A stretch of 64,000 nucleotides of DNA. It comes from Anaeromyxobacter sp. Its GTDB lineage: Bacteria; Myxococcota; Myxococcia; Myxococcales; Anaeromyxobacteraceae. The position numbers and the translations under genes were made by a program. Location: positions 832,001 through 896,000 of the forward strand of contig JASGJN010000022.1 of the NCBI GenBank assembly GCA_049840735.1, read 5' to 3'. The notes beneath the pieces are model-generated. The model saw nothing but the letters and a program-made list of their open reading frames with translations, was not told where the DNA came from and searched no databases. Shown here piece by piece: positions 26,709-36,810 of the stretch; within the stretch, counting starts at the first letter, position 1, and every line of letters starts with the position of its first letter.

Positions 26709-27287
26709 ATGAGGTCTCGGCAGCAAGACGAGCGACTGCGTAACATCGTCGGGGAGCATCTCGACACGGTTGCGCGCGTCCTGCGTAACGCTGGAGTCTC
26801 GGAGTCCCAGCTCGATGACGAACTGCAACGCACGCTGATTACCGTGGCGCGACGTCTGGACGACATTCGTCCGGGTGCGGAAAAGAGCTTCCTCATCCAG
26901 ATTGCGTTGCGCGTCGCCGCCCACGCACGACGCACCGTCGCGCGACGTCGAGAGGTGACCGCAGACGAGCTCGACGCCGATGGCCTGTCTGTCGTCGACG
27001 CGGTGGGCAGCACGGAGCGACGTCCTTCTCCGGAGCATCTGACCAATCAAAAGCGGATGCGCGATGCGTTGGATCGAATCCTCGAGAGCTTGGAGGACGA
27101 TCTCCGAGAAGTGTTCGTGCTGTACGAGTTCGAGGAAATGAGCATGATTGAAATCTCGGGCGTGCTCGGGATCCCTCAAGGGACCGTGGCTTCCAGATTG
27201 AGGCGAGCGCGCGCGACTTTTCGCGAACGCGTCGTCGAGCTGGGGCTCGTCGAGGGCGCTCCCGTTCCAAAGTTGGTGGGGTCATGA
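26709..27287 (+). CDS. ECF RNA polymerase sigma factor
   Basis: Region 2 (DDELQRT...FLIQIA.R) and region 4 (REVFVLYEFEEMS..EIS.VLGIPQGTVASRLRRAR). Confidence 0.92.
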   Translation: MRSRQQDERLRNIVGEHLDTVARVLRNAGVSESQLDDELQRTLITVARRLDDIRPGAEKSFLIQIALRVAAHARRTVARRREVTADELDADGLSVVDAVGSTERRPSPEHLTNQKRMRDALDRILESLEDDLREVFVLYEFEEMSMIEISGVLGIPQGTVASRLRRARATFRERVVELGLVEGAPVPKLVGS

Positions 27288-28057
27288 TGGAGCCTAGGCG
27301 ACTCATCGAAGAATGTTCCGAGCCCTTCGAGCGCGCGGTCTTGCGCGCAGGGTTCGACGTGCAAGCGTCCCCGGAGTCGCGCGTACGGGCTTACGAGCTC
27401 CTCGGCCTTTCCGCCTCGCCGAGACCTCGCATTCTTGCCTTCCTGCCGCGAAGAAGGACACGTCTGTTGCTGGCCGCAGTCGCGGTGACGACCATGGCAG
27501 CGGCTTTGCCGTTGGCGTACTACGCGTCGCGCTCATCGGGTCCGTCGGGAATCGTCCCCGCCACCCAAAAGGACTCCGCGACGTCGAACCTCGGGTCGCA
27601 GCTCGGACCGAGGCAGGCCGCGGGCAACGGGTTGGTCGATGTCTCGGAGAGAGCGGCAAAAGACGGCGAAGGTTCCTCCTCGGAGCAGTCGGCTGGCGAG
27701 GCGCCCGTCGATGTCGAAGGTTTGGCGTTGGAAGATGACCATCGCAAGCCCACCTCTGGCGCCGAGGCCAGTGCGAAGTTGGTGGAGCCCAATCGCCTGA
27801 GTCTCGAGCTCAAGGCCTTGGATTCGGCCCGACGGCGACTCCAGTCGGGCGACGCCCTTGGTGCCCTTCAGTTGCTCGACGCGTACGAACGGGAATTCCC
27901 GCAGCCCAGGTTGGCTCCCGAGGCAGAGGTCGTGCGGATTTTTGCCTACGACAAGGCCGGACAAAAGGATACGGCCCGAAGGCGTGCCGCTGTGTTCGTC
28001 GCCCGATATCCGAAGGGGGTTTTGACGGCGAGGGTACGGCGCTATCTTCAGCCGTAG
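27284..28057 (+). CDS. Putative membrane-anchored anti-sigma factor with C-terminal TPR-like helices
   Basis: Overlaps the sigma stop; one TM segment; C-terminal ELKALDSAR...ALQLLDAY...FP....E...A..F..RYP. Confidence 0.65.
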   Translation: MMEPRRLIEECSEPFERAVLRAGFDVQASPESRVRAYELLGLSASPRPRILAFLPRRRTRLLLAAVAVTTMAAALPLAYYASRSSGPSGIVPATQKDSATSNLGSQLGPRQAAGNGLVDVSERAAKDGEGSSSEQSAGEAPVDVEGLALEDDHRKPTSGAEASAKLVEPNRLSLELKALDSARRRLQSGDALGALQLLDAYEREFPQPRLAPEAEVVRIFAYDKAGQKDTARRRAAVFVARYPKGVLTARVRRYLQP

Positions 28058-28060
28058 ACG

Positions 28061-29407
28061 ATGCAAGTTGCGGCAACCCCTGGCCTCGATGTGCGCTCGG
28101 CACGAACGAGCGAGCGCGGGCCCACGCACATTTGGGCGCGTGCGTGTCGGGGGTGTGCGGCGTTGCTCGTTTCCGCAAGTGCTTGGGCTTGTACCGACAC
28201 CGTAGACGTACTCGGCTACGGCGAGGTCGTCGTGCCCGTGACCCTACAGCCCATCGACTGCTCGCGGGTTGCGCAAATGCCGAATCCATATCGCGACGTT
28301 CTCGGGCTCACGGACGCCCAGATCAGCGCGAAACTCAGCAACGCGATCAATACGGTCTTTCACGGCAACCCCGCCACGTACAGCATCTTCACCTCGGATT
28401 CGACGACGGGGACCGCGTACATTCGCGACACGCTCCACGGCGACGAGGTCCGTACCGAGGGAATGGGGCTCGGCATGTTGGCCGCCGTGCTCCTCGATCA
28501 CCAACCCGAGTTCGATCAGCTCTGGCGCTATTCGGTGGCCAATTTGGAGATAAAGACGGGGGCGGCTACGGGGTACTACCGCTCGAGATGCGACGTTACC
28601 GAGACGACGCAGCGTGATTGCATCGATCCGTACGGCTTTCAGCAGTACGTGACGGCGCTGCTCATCGCCAATCAGCGGTGGGGCAAGGTCGACGGGAGTC
28701 CAGATTACGCAGCCGACGCGCTGCAGCTACTCACGGTCATTCGTACCAAGATGCAACAGAACGGCGGGATCGTGGACGGGGTGACGAACACCTTCGATCC
28801 AGTTCAGTATCTCCCTTACGACGAACCCGTCAACGGAGGTTTACCGTACGTCGGCACCGCTCTCGCGATACCCGGATACTACGATCTCTTCGCACAGGTC
28901 ACGGGCGATTCCTTTTTCAGCGAAGCCGCTGCCGCCTCTCGCGTGTTTTTGAAACGAGCTTCGCATCCCGTGACGGGATTGTTCCCCAATGCTGCAAGCT
29001 TCGATGGCGTTCCCGTCTCGGGACGCGGCAACTTCCTGGCCGAGGCATACCGGGTCAATCTGAACCTCGTCATCGATCGGCTGTGGGGCAATCCTTCGGC
29101 GGAGGACGCCGAGTGGCAAGAGCCGATCGCCGATCGAATGCTCCAATTCTTTACGAGCAAGGGCTTCGACACGTACGCATCGGGTTACACTCTCGATGGT
29201 TCGGTCGTGCTGAAGTCGGAGCATATCGACGAGCTCGTCATGGCGAACGCCGTGCTCGCATCGGTATCGAACGTGAGCGATCGGAAGGAGTATCTGGCCG
29301 CTGCGTGGTCGAAGGCGCCTCCCGAGGGAATCGCACGTTATTATGCAGGCCTCATGTATCTCATTGGCAATTTGATCCTTTCGGGTCAGTTCGTGCCATG
29401 TCCGTGA
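28061..29407 (+). CDS. Glycoside hydrolase family 8 (xylanase/Rex-like), probable lipoprotein
   Basis: VRTEGMGLGML, FDQLW, HPVTGLFP, A.RV..N, RYYAGLMYL..LILSGQF; lipobox-like AWAC. Confidence 0.8.
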   Translation: MQVAATPGLDVRSARTSERGPTHIWARACRGCAALLVSASAWACTDTVDVLGYGEVVVPVTLQPIDCSRVAQMPNPYRDVLGLTDAQISAKLSNAINTVFHGNPATYSIFTSDSTTGTAYIRDTLHGDEVRTEGMGLGMLAAVLLDHQPEFDQLWRYSVANLEIKTGAATGYYRSRCDVTETTQRDCIDPYGFQQYVTALLIANQRWGKVDGSPDYAADALQLLTVIRTKMQQNGGIVDGVTNTFDPVQYLPYDEPVNGGLPYVGTALAIPGYYDLFAQVTGDSFFSEAAAASRVFLKRASHPVTGLFPNAASFDGVPVSGRGNFLAEAYRVNLNLVIDRLWGNPSAEDAEWQEPIADRMLQFFTSKGFDTYASGYTLDGSVVLKSEHIDELVMANAVLASVSNVSDRKEYLAAAWSKAPPEGIARYYAGLMYLIGNLILSGQFVPCP

Positions 29408-29507
29408 TCGTGCGTCGTCGCGTGCACTAGGTCGACCAAGACCCGGATGCTTTCGAACGTCGTCACCGGTGGGGTGTCGCGTTGGCTACGTCGCCAAAGC
29501 AATTCTC

Positions 29508-30701
29508 TCAACGTCTCCGTTCTCGCACGAGAGCGTGAGCGCTCGCAGGGCGAAGGGGAAGGCACAGGAAAAACGACGTGCCCTCCTCTTGACTGGTGGT
29601 GAAGCGCACTTTGCCGTGCAGGAAGCGTTCACCGAACAGGCGCATGCTGTACGTGCCGAAGCCGCGGCCCGACTCGCCCTTGGTGGAGAAGCTTCTCGTG
29701 AAAATATGTGATGCAATCTCTTCCGGGATCATTCCGGGGTTCGAGACCGAAAAAACGACGTGGTGATCTTCGCGAAAGCAGCGCAGCGTGACGGTTCCTT
29801 TGGGGGCCGTGGCTTCGAACGCGTTCTTGAGCATGTTCGTGAGCACGCGTAGGAGGAGCGTTCGGTCACTTTCGAGAAACTCGTCGCAGCATTCGATGCT
29901 GAGTTGGCGCGCTCCGAGCTGCTCGTGAACTTCGAAGCCGACCTTGAGTGCTTCGACGAGTTCGCGCGTTCCGAGCCGCTCGAGCTGAATCGCGGGCTGT
30001 TCGTGCTCTGCATCGAGGAGGGTTCGATGGACCTTCACTTCGTCGATCACTCGAGCAATGAGGTGATTGAGTTGCTGAAGATATGCCCCTTCGTCCAATA
30101 CTCGATTTTGCGCCAGGCAGCGATAGGCCGACACGGCGCTCAATGTGTTCATGAGATCGTGCAGGAAGACGCGTTCGAGCGCTTCACGGCGTTTCTTGTC
30201 GGCGATATCGTGGAGAGTGACGAGGAACAGCGGTGGCCTGGTGCCGGTGAGGGGAGATACGCGTGCCGAGTACTCCTGAGTACGCTCGAACCCATCTCGA
30301 GCAGTGCGGATCGCGCATTCGTATTCGACGATGCGATGGTTGATCTGCGAATCTACGATCGCCCGCGCCACGCCACAACTCGAACAAGCATGACCGGTTC
30401 CGCAGCCATTCGGAGCCGACTCGACGTGAAGGCAACCGAAGGATTCGCCGATGCGGAGCCCAAGGATGGACGGAAGCTCGTCGGGGGCGATTCCTGCAGC
30501 TCGGAGTGCCCCTTCGTTGGCTGCGACGACCTGTCGTTCGGCGTTGATGACGAGCAGCACGCTTCCCACGGCCTCGAGCAGCTGCGTCAGGAGCGGGTTG
30601 TCCGCGACTTGTCGGATAGCGGCACCGAGGTCCGCATCGGAAGCCAGTGCCGCGGGCGCGAAATGGGTCGCGTGGGGCTCTTTCATCGAACGTGGGCCCA
30701 T
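29508..30701 (-). CDS. Sensor histidine kinase with PAS-like domain and Cys cluster
   Basis: H-box FLHDLMN, NMLKNAFEA, FSTKG..GRGFG; GCLH...GCGTGHACSSC. Confidence 0.88.
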   Translation of the reverse strand: MGPRSMKEPHATHFAPAALASDADLGAAIRQVADNPLLTQLLEAVGSVLLVINAERQVVAANEGALRAAGIAPDELPSILGLRIGESFGCLHVESAPNGCGTGHACSSCGVARAIVDSQINHRIVEYECAIRTARDGFERTQEYSARVSPLTGTRPPLFLVTLHDIADKKRREALERVFLHDLMNTLSAVSAYRCLAQNRVLDEGAYLQQLNHLIARVIDEVKVHRTLLDAEHEQPAIQLERLGTRELVEALKVGFEVHEQLGARQLSIECCDEFLESDRTLLLRVLTNMLKNAFEATAPKGTVTLRCFREDHHVVFSVSNPGMIPEEIASHIFTRSFSTKGESGRGFGTYSMRLFGERFLHGKVRFTTSQEEGTSFFLCLPLRPASAHALVRERRR

Positions 30702-30820
30702 GATTCTCCGAGAGCGCGTCGGGCACTGATACGTCGGTTCGTTCTTTCAGATTAAGCCGATGTATCAGGCGTCGCTCTCGTGCCGGACCGCGCAATCGCA
30801 GCGTAATGCTGCGAACTTGG

Positions 30821-31087
30821 CTAGACTTCCGCGACTCGTGCGGCCACCGCGCGCGCGACTCGTCCAAGCGTCAAAAGCACTCCGTCGCCGATCTCCGTGT
30901 CGGAGAGCTCGATTCGATAGCGGCGCTCGACGGCCGCTGCCCACTGCAAGGAATCCACCGAATCGAGGGGGAGTCTCCCACCGAACAGCAGCTCGTCGGC
31001 CTCCAAGGGGGGATTGGGGGGAACGATTCGAAGCGTTTCGCAGAGCAGCGCGGACAGTTCGGCGAGCGGGGGGCCTTCGCGGTTCAC
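30821..31087 (-). CDS. Acyl carrier protein
   Basis: 88 aa, acidic; LFGG.LPLDSVDSL phosphopantetheine Ser motif. Confidence 0.85.
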   Translation of the reverse strand: MNREGPPLAELSALLCETLRIVPPNPPLEADELLFGGRLPLDSVDSLQWAAAVERRYRIELSDTEIGDGVLLTLGRVARAVAARVAEV

Positions 31088-31140
31088 GCCCCGATTATGA
31101 CGAAGGATCGGCTGTCGCCCATGCTATAGGCGGCCCCGAA

Positions 31141-32328
31141 ATGCTCGAGGTCCCCGTTGCCATTACGGCCGTTGGCGCCGTCACCGCCCTTGGGCTTGGG
31201 CCGGACTGCCTGTTCGACGGCTTATTGGCGGGAGTACGCGGTTTTGGACGCGTCGAGCGGTTCGGTGTCAACGGATGCCGCGTGCAATTGGCCGCTGAGG
31301 TGCGGGGTGACCTTCCGGTCGTCGGTTCGACTCGCACTGCGGATCTGGCCGTGACGGCCGTGCGGAATGCCATCGCGAAGCTGCCGCCCTTCGTGGATTT
31401 GTCGAGGGTGGGGGTGGTTTTGGGTTCTGCTGGCGCGGGAACGGCAGGGCTCGAGGATCGACTCCTCGGCATTGCTGACGCACCGGCATTGCTTCGCCGT
31501 TACACGAAACGCGAGCTCGTCGACGAGGTTGCTCGTTCGCTCGGCTTCGGTGGTCCGCGACACGCCATCAACACCGCGTGTTCGAGCGGTGCCATGGCGG
31601 TGGCCCTCGCTGCAGATTGGCTGCGATTCGGGGACTGTGACGTTGCCATCGCCGTGGGCGCGGACGAACTCGGTCGCTTCACGTACACGGGGTTTCACGC
31701 TTTGCGCGCGATGGATCCAGAACCGTGTCGGCCGTTCGATCGTCATCGACAAGGGCTCACCATGGGCGAAGGTGCGGGATGCGTCGTGCTCGAGCGACCT
31801 CGGGAGGCTCGTCGGCGAGGCGCCCCGATCCGCGCGTTTCTCGGTGCCGTGGGACAAGCCTGTGACGCCCATCACCTCACGGCGCCCGATCCCTCGGGGG
31901 CGGGTCCGGCCCGCGCAATCGCGCGTGCACTCGAGGGGGCTGGGGTAGAGCCTCGGGAGGTCGGGTTCATCAACGCGCATGGCACTGGAACTCCCCTGAA
32001 TGACGCGGCCGAAGTGTCCAGTATCGAAGTGGCACTCGGGGCCGCAGCAGTGGAGTGTCCGGTTCATTCGGTCAAGGCGACCGTCGGGCATTGTATGGGA
32101 GCCGCCGGCGCCATCGAAGCCGTCGTTGCCGTGTTGTCCCTGGAACGACAGTTGGTTCCGCACACCGCTGGGCTTACGGATTGTGAGTTCGATGGTCGCG
32201 TCCGCTGCGTCCGAGGCGAGCCCCTGCACGTCGAAGCGGACTTTGCCTTGAGCACGAGCTTCGGCTTCGGCGGCAACGACGCGGCGATTCTGCTCGCGCA
32301 TCCCCGCGTCTTCGAGGAAGGCACTTGA
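31141..32328 (+). CDS. Beta-ketoacyl-ACP synthase (FabF/type II KS)
   Basis: NTACSSG, CRPFD, GEGA, NAHGTGT, KATVGHCMGA, SFGFGGND (Cys-His-His triad intact). Confidence 0.93.
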   Translation: MLEVPVAITAVGAVTALGLGPDCLFDGLLAGVRGFGRVERFGVNGCRVQLAAEVRGDLPVVGSTRTADLAVTAVRNAIAKLPPFVDLSRVGVVLGSAGAGTAGLEDRLLGIADAPALLRRYTKRELVDEVARSLGFGGPRHAINTACSSGAMAVALAADWLRFGDCDVAIAVGADELGRFTYTGFHALRAMDPEPCRPFDRHRQGLTMGEGAGCVVLERPREARRRGAPIRAFLGAVGQACDAHHLTAPDPSGAGPARAIARALEGAGVEPREVGFINAHGTGTPLNDAAEVSSIEVALGAAAVECPVHSVKATVGHCMGAAGAIEAVVAVLSLERQLVPHTAGLTDCEFDGRVRCVRGEPLHVEADFALSTSFGFGGNDAAILLAHPRVFEEGT

Positions 32329-33257
32329 CGATGGGTCGAAGGGAACTGGTCGATTCGACTCGGAGCACTCCGCTGCTCCATGACGTGTGGGTGACCGGAG
32401 GCACCCTATTGCTCCCCGAAAGGGGTAAGGGATGCTTTTCGTCACTTTCTACCATCGATCCGAGTGCCCTTCTCGGTCCCGAGCGGACTCGTCGACTGGA
32501 TCCGCTCAGCCAGTTCGCCCTGCTCGCGACGGAGCGGGCGCGCCGGACGGCGTTGCTTCCTCGTCAGAGCTCGGTCGAAATTCGTGAGCGGGAGGGCGTC
32601 GTGGTCGGAACTGCCTTTGGCGCTACGGTGACCAGTGTTCGCTACGCCAAGCGTCTCGTTAAGGCCGGTCCGGCGGGCACCAACCCCATCGACTTTCCTG
32701 ATTCGATCGACGGGGCTGCTGCGGCTCACGTCGCGCTCGATCTGGGGCTCCAAGGGCCGAGCCTGACATTCGTGGATGGCCGCGACAGTGCCGCGTCGGC
32801 GTTGGTCGTCGGGGCTCGTCTGATTGCGACCGGGCGAGCCGAGCGCGTGCACGTCGTGGCTGGCGACGTGCTCGACGAGGTGTTTCAGCGTGCATTGACG
32901 TCGGATGTCGGGATTGAGTTCGGCGACGCCGTTGCCGCTTGGGTGCTCGAGCGCGCCGAATTGCGACCTGCGGTGCAAGGAACCGTCGCAATCGACGGGC
33001 TCACCTCGGCATTCGGTGTGCGAGACGACGGATCTGGCTTGGCGAAGGAACACTCGTACTTCGGAGGCCAGGCCGATCCCGCTGGGGTCCTCGACGTAGC
33101 GGGGGCATGGCTCCAGGCTCGAGGCCCGATGGGCAGCGCCGATGACCCGTGGCAACCTGATGGGATGACTGACTTCGACGGTGCTCCTGCCGAAGCGCCG
33201 ATCCCGAACGGCACCTATCGAGCTTTGCGCTTCCGTCCCGTCGTTGCGCGAAGGTGA
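32325..33257 (+). CDS. Ketosynthase N-terminal-like protein (chain-length-factor type, no catalytic Cys)
   Basis: RRLDPLSQ, GVVVGTAFG, P..FP.S, GPSLTF; translationally coupled to the KS. Confidence 0.78.
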   Translation: MTMGRRELVDSTRSTPLLHDVWVTGGTLLLPERGKGCFSSLSTIDPSALLGPERTRRLDPLSQFALLATERARRTALLPRQSSVEIREREGVVVGTAFGATVTSVRYAKRLVKAGPAGTNPIDFPDSIDGAAAAHVALDLGLQGPSLTFVDGRDSAASALVVGARLIATGRAERVHVVAGDVLDEVFQRALTSDVGIEFGDAVAAWVLERAELRPAVQGTVAIDGLTSAFGVRDDGSGLAKEHSYFGGQADPAGVLDVAGAWLQARGPMGSADDPWQPDGMTDFDGAPAEAPIPNGTYRALRFRPVVARR

Positions 33258-33265
33258 GGCGATCC

Positions 33266-34753
33266 ATGGCACGACTTCTGCTCATCGAGGCGAACGACAA
33301 TGCGCGTTGGGTTGGCGCGCGCGTCGGGCCAAAAGTGCACGTATTGCCCATTGCACTCATGGGGCTCGCCGCATTTGCAAAGCAGCTCGACCCCACACTC
33401 GAAGTCCGGCTCGTGGAGACGTCCCTCGATGCAACGGACGACGAGACACTCGCCAGGATCATTCGCGAATTCGAACCGACGTGGATCGGGATCCGCAGTA
33501 TCAGCTTGTTCGTCGACGAAGTGCGGCGCGTCGTGCGTGTGGCCAAAGCGACGTCGACAGCGGACGTGCTGCTCGGGGGGCCCATCTCGACGGCCCTCAA
33601 GGAAGGGATCTTCGAAGCCGTACCGGAGCTCGATTATGCCGCGGTGAACGAGGGCGAGCCGGTCATCGAGGCGCTGGTCCGCGGTACGCGATTGTCACTC
33701 ATTCCGGGGGTGCTCTCGCGTCACGCGCAGGGGCTCAAGGCGCACAAGTCGGCGAGCTTGCCGCGGGATCTCGACCCGTTGCCCTTGGCTGATTATTCCC
33801 TCGTCGACTTGGATCGTTACTCGCACCAGTTGAGCTACGCCTACAATCAACGTCGGCAGGGTGTTCTGGTCACGAGCCGAGGCTGCCCGTATTCCTGCAC
33901 GTACTGTTTTCAGATCTCCGAAACGCCCGTTCGGCTCCACTCCGCGGAGCGAGTGGTCAGTGATATCGAGCGCATGCACGGTGAATTCGGGATTTCCGAC
34001 TATTACGTCGTCGACGACGTGTTCAACCTCAATCGCAAGCGTGCGCTCGACGTGTTTGCTCGCCTCGAACGTGCCAAGCTCGGTGTGCGGCTCTACTTCG
34101 TCAATGGCTTGCGTGTCGACCTATGTGACGAGACCTTCGTCGAGAGCATGGTGCGCGCGGGGACCGTGTGGGTCACGTACGCGATCGAGTCTGCGTGTCC
34201 ACGGATCCAGAAGCTCATTCGCAAGCAGCTCGATTTGGACCACGCGCGACGCATCATCAACTTCAGTCAAAAACAGGGGATCGTCGTCAACGTCAACACG
34301 ATGTTTGGCTTTCCCACCGAGACGAAGGAAGAGGCGGACCAGACTCTCGACTACATCGGCAGTCTCGATCATCCGTCGCTGTTGCCCTACCATTTCAATT
34401 TGCGTGGCTACCCTGGCTGCGAAATCGTCGAACAGGCGGACGCGGCTGGATGGTCGCGCGATAGCTTCCTTGCCACGGGCTTCGGCAGCTATGGGGATTT
34501 GCCTGCCGGATCACCCACGTTCTCGCGCCGGGACATGATGGCGCACATGCTTTCATTTCATGAGCGGTTCGGTCTGGCCAATCGCAGGCACCTGGCCTAC
34601 GCCATTCGAACCCTCCAGGGAATCGGCTACTCGGAACGCGAGCTCCTCGACATGTACACCGTGCTCAACAATCGCAAGGTGCACTCGCTAAGCGACCTTA
34701 CCACGGAGCCAACGAACCAAATTCACAGGAGCGACTCCATTCGCTGGGCGTAA
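33266..34753 (+). CDS. Cobalamin-binding radical SAM enzyme
   Basis: N-terminal B12-binding domain (P..L..LAA, VLLGGP) and TSRGCPYSCTYC (CxxxCxxC), DDVF, IES, MFGFPTET. Confidence 0.92.
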   Translation: MARLLLIEANDNARWVGARVGPKVHVLPIALMGLAAFAKQLDPTLEVRLVETSLDATDDETLARIIREFEPTWIGIRSISLFVDEVRRVVRVAKATSTADVLLGGPISTALKEGIFEAVPELDYAAVNEGEPVIEALVRGTRLSLIPGVLSRHAQGLKAHKSASLPRDLDPLPLADYSLVDLDRYSHQLSYAYNQRRQGVLVTSRGCPYSCTYCFQISETPVRLHSAERVVSDIERMHGEFGISDYYVVDDVFNLNRKRALDVFARLERAKLGVRLYFVNGLRVDLCDETFVESMVRAGTVWVTYAIESACPRIQKLIRKQLDLDHARRIINFSQKQGIVVNVNTMFGFPTETKEEADQTLDYIGSLDHPSLLPYHFNLRGYPGCEIVEQADAAGWSRDSFLATGFGSYGDLPAGSPTFSRRDMMAHMLSFHERFGLANRRHLAYAIRTLQGIGYSERELLDMYTVLNNRKVHSLSDLTTEPTNQIHRSDSIRWA

Positions 34754-34759
34754 TCGGAC

Positions 34760-34896
34760 TCGGCGTCGTTCGGCGTCGTTCGGCGTCGTTCGGCGTCGTT
34801 CGGCGTCGTTCGGCGTCGTTCGGCGTCGTTCGGCGTCGTTCGGCGTCGTTCGGCGTCGTTCGGCGTCGTTCGGCGTCGTTCGGCGTCGTTCGGCGT
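34760..34896. repeat. Perfect 10-bp tandem repeat (CGGCGTCGTT), about 13.6 copies
   Basis: Directly visible; starts 7 bp after the radical SAM stop, between convergent genes. Confidence 0.97.
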
Positions 34897-34963
34897 GACC
34901 GATTGGGCCTGCGCACATGGTCGACCGTGACGGCTACTCGCGTCTCTCGACTCGATTGCCGAT

Positions 34964-35224
34964 TCAGCTGCTCTTTGCTGCGGAGCTGCGCTTCGTTTGC
35001 ACGAGTTCGACGATGAGGTTCAAGGTGTCGAGTCTGCCATCGACGATATCCATCGAATCGACGTCGATATCGAACTGCTTTTCCAGGAAAAGCACCAACT
35101 TCAGGGTCGCGACGGAATCCAGCAAGCCTGAGGAAATGAGCGGTTGCTCTGGGTCGAGAGCGTCTTTCGATTCGCCGCTGAAGAATTCGTTGAGGAGGTA
35201 GGTTCGAACGAGATCGAGGGTCAT
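34964..35224 (-). CDS. Stand-alone acyl/peptidyl carrier protein
   Basis: LISSGLLDSVATLKLVLFLE motif; immediately downstream of the adenylation enzyme. Confidence 0.88.
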   Translation of the reverse strand: MTLDLVRTYLLNEFFSGESKDALDPEQPLISSGLLDSVATLKLVLFLEKQFDIDVDSMDIVDGRLDTLNLIVELVQTKRSSAAKSS

Positions 35225-35247
35225 GGCAAGGATCGGACGGAGCGCGC

Positions 35248-36810
35248 TCAAGCGACGTTTCCGGCAGTCTGCCCCTGAAGAGCCAGCAAATCCAGTTTTC
35301 CCGTGAGTGTCCGCGGGAGTTCGGCCACGATTTCGACCGCATCCGGTACGAGATATGGCGGCAGACAGGTGCCCGAGTGGGCTTTCAGTATCAAGGGTGA
35401 CGCTTGGGCTCCGTCGCGCAGCGTTACTGCGGCGACGACACGTACCGTGTCGGAATGACGCTCCGCGTAGGCGACGACCTCTCGCACCGCGGCGTGACGT
35501 CGCAGCGCCGCTTCGATCTCACCGAGTTCCAAACGGTAGCCACGACGTTTGACCAGGCGATCACGTCGGCCCAGAAACCAATATCGACCCGATTCGTCTT
35601 GCTTCGCGAAGTCCCCGGTTCGGTAAAATCGTCGTAAATCGCCTGCGATTCTGCTCGGCGCGAAGGCTCGCTCACTCAATTCGGGTTTGCCGAAGTAACC
35701 CGTCATCAGCTGTGGCCCGGCGACGTAGATCTCGCCCGCTTCTCCTTGGCGCACCGGGTTGCCTTGCTCGTCACGCAGCTCGACGTCGAGGTGTTCGCAG
35801 GAAATCCCTATAGGAACTGCGGTTGCGTCCTCGGCGGGGAGCTCGGTCAGAGCGTGATACGTGCAAACGTTCGTTTCCGTGGGACCAAATAGATTGAAGA
35901 AGCGCGCGGAAGAAAGCGCTTGCATCGCTTCGCGCAGGGCGGGGATCGGAAATGGTTCGCCCGCATAGAGGACCCGTTCGAGTGGCGAGGTCGTACTCGT
36001 GCGCCATGCACCATCGGACACGAGTCGCTCGATCGTCGATGGAACCGCGTAGAGCGTCGTAATATCGCAACGCGACAGCCACGCGACCAGGTCCTTTGGG
36101 TGCAAGAGCCGCTCTTGCGACACGAGCACCATGGTGGCGCCCGCGCTCAGGGACGCGAATAGGTCGAAGATGGACAGGTCGAAGGACAGTGGGGCAAAAC
36201 TTGCCACCCTGTCGGTCGCGTCGAGTGCGAAACAGGAAACGGACCAATCCACGAACGCCGTTGCGGCACGGTGCGAGATCTCAACGCCTTTGGGGTGCCC
36301 CGTGGTGCCGGACGTATAAAGAATATAGGCCGCATCGTCGGGGGGAACCTCCGTGGTGAGCCTCATCGCGTCGTCGGATGGGGTCGACGTCGCCTCTCTT
36401 CGATGAGCGTCGGTGAACGCGTCGGACAACGAGATGACTTCAGGTACCGTTGCGCAAAGCTCGGGGGCACTCGAGCGAATGCGCGACAACAAGCTCGGTG
36501 ACACGAGCCAAGCCCGTGGCGCACAATCCTCGATGATCTGTGCAATCCGAAGCCGGGGAGCGCGCGGATCGATGGGTACGTATGCGGCGCCGAGCATCAG
36601 AATCGCAAGTATGGCGGAGATCGCGTCCGCGTCCTTGTGGACCAAGAGCGCGACGCGCGTGCGTGGCCGAACTCCGCTAGCCCAAAGCGTTCGCGCGACG
36701 AGCTTCGCCCGCATCAGGAGTTCACCGTAAGTGATTTGCGTCGCGCCATCGTCGATAGCAATCCGCGACGGCTGGCGTTCACATCCTTCGAGGAATCGAC
36801 GAAGTAACAT
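35248..36810 (-). CDS. Stand-alone amino-acid adenylation enzyme (probable L-prolyl-AMP ligase type)
   Basis: YILYTSGTTGHPKG, FDLSIFD, YAGE, NLFGPTETNVC, YRTGD, LPRT.TGK; start MLLRRF overlaps the upstream stop; the 752-aa fused ORF is a frameshift artefact. Confidence 0.88.
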   Translation of the reverse strand: MLLRRFLEGCERQPSRIAIDDGATQITYGELLMRAKLVARTLWASGVRPRTRVALLVHKDADAISAILAILMLGAAYVPIDPRAPRLRIAQIIEDCAPRAWLVSPSLLSRIRSSAPELCATVPEVISLSDAFTDAHRREATSTPSDDAMRLTTEVPPDDAAYILYTSGTTGHPKGVEISHRAATAFVDWSVSCFALDATDRVASFAPLSFDLSIFDLFASLSAGATMVLVSQERLLHPKDLVAWLSRCDITTLYAVPSTIERLVSDGAWRTSTTSPLERVLYAGEPFPIPALREAMQALSSARFFNLFGPTETNVCTYHALTELPAEDATAVPIGISCEHLDVELRDEQGNPVRQGEAGEIYVAGPQLMTGYFGKPELSERAFAPSRIAGDLRRFYRTGDFAKQDESGRYWFLGRRDRLVKRRGYRLELGEIEAALRRHAAVREVVAYAERHSDTVRVVAAVTLRDGAQASPLILKAHSGTCLPPYLVPDAVEIVAELPRTLTGKLDLLALQGQTAGNVA

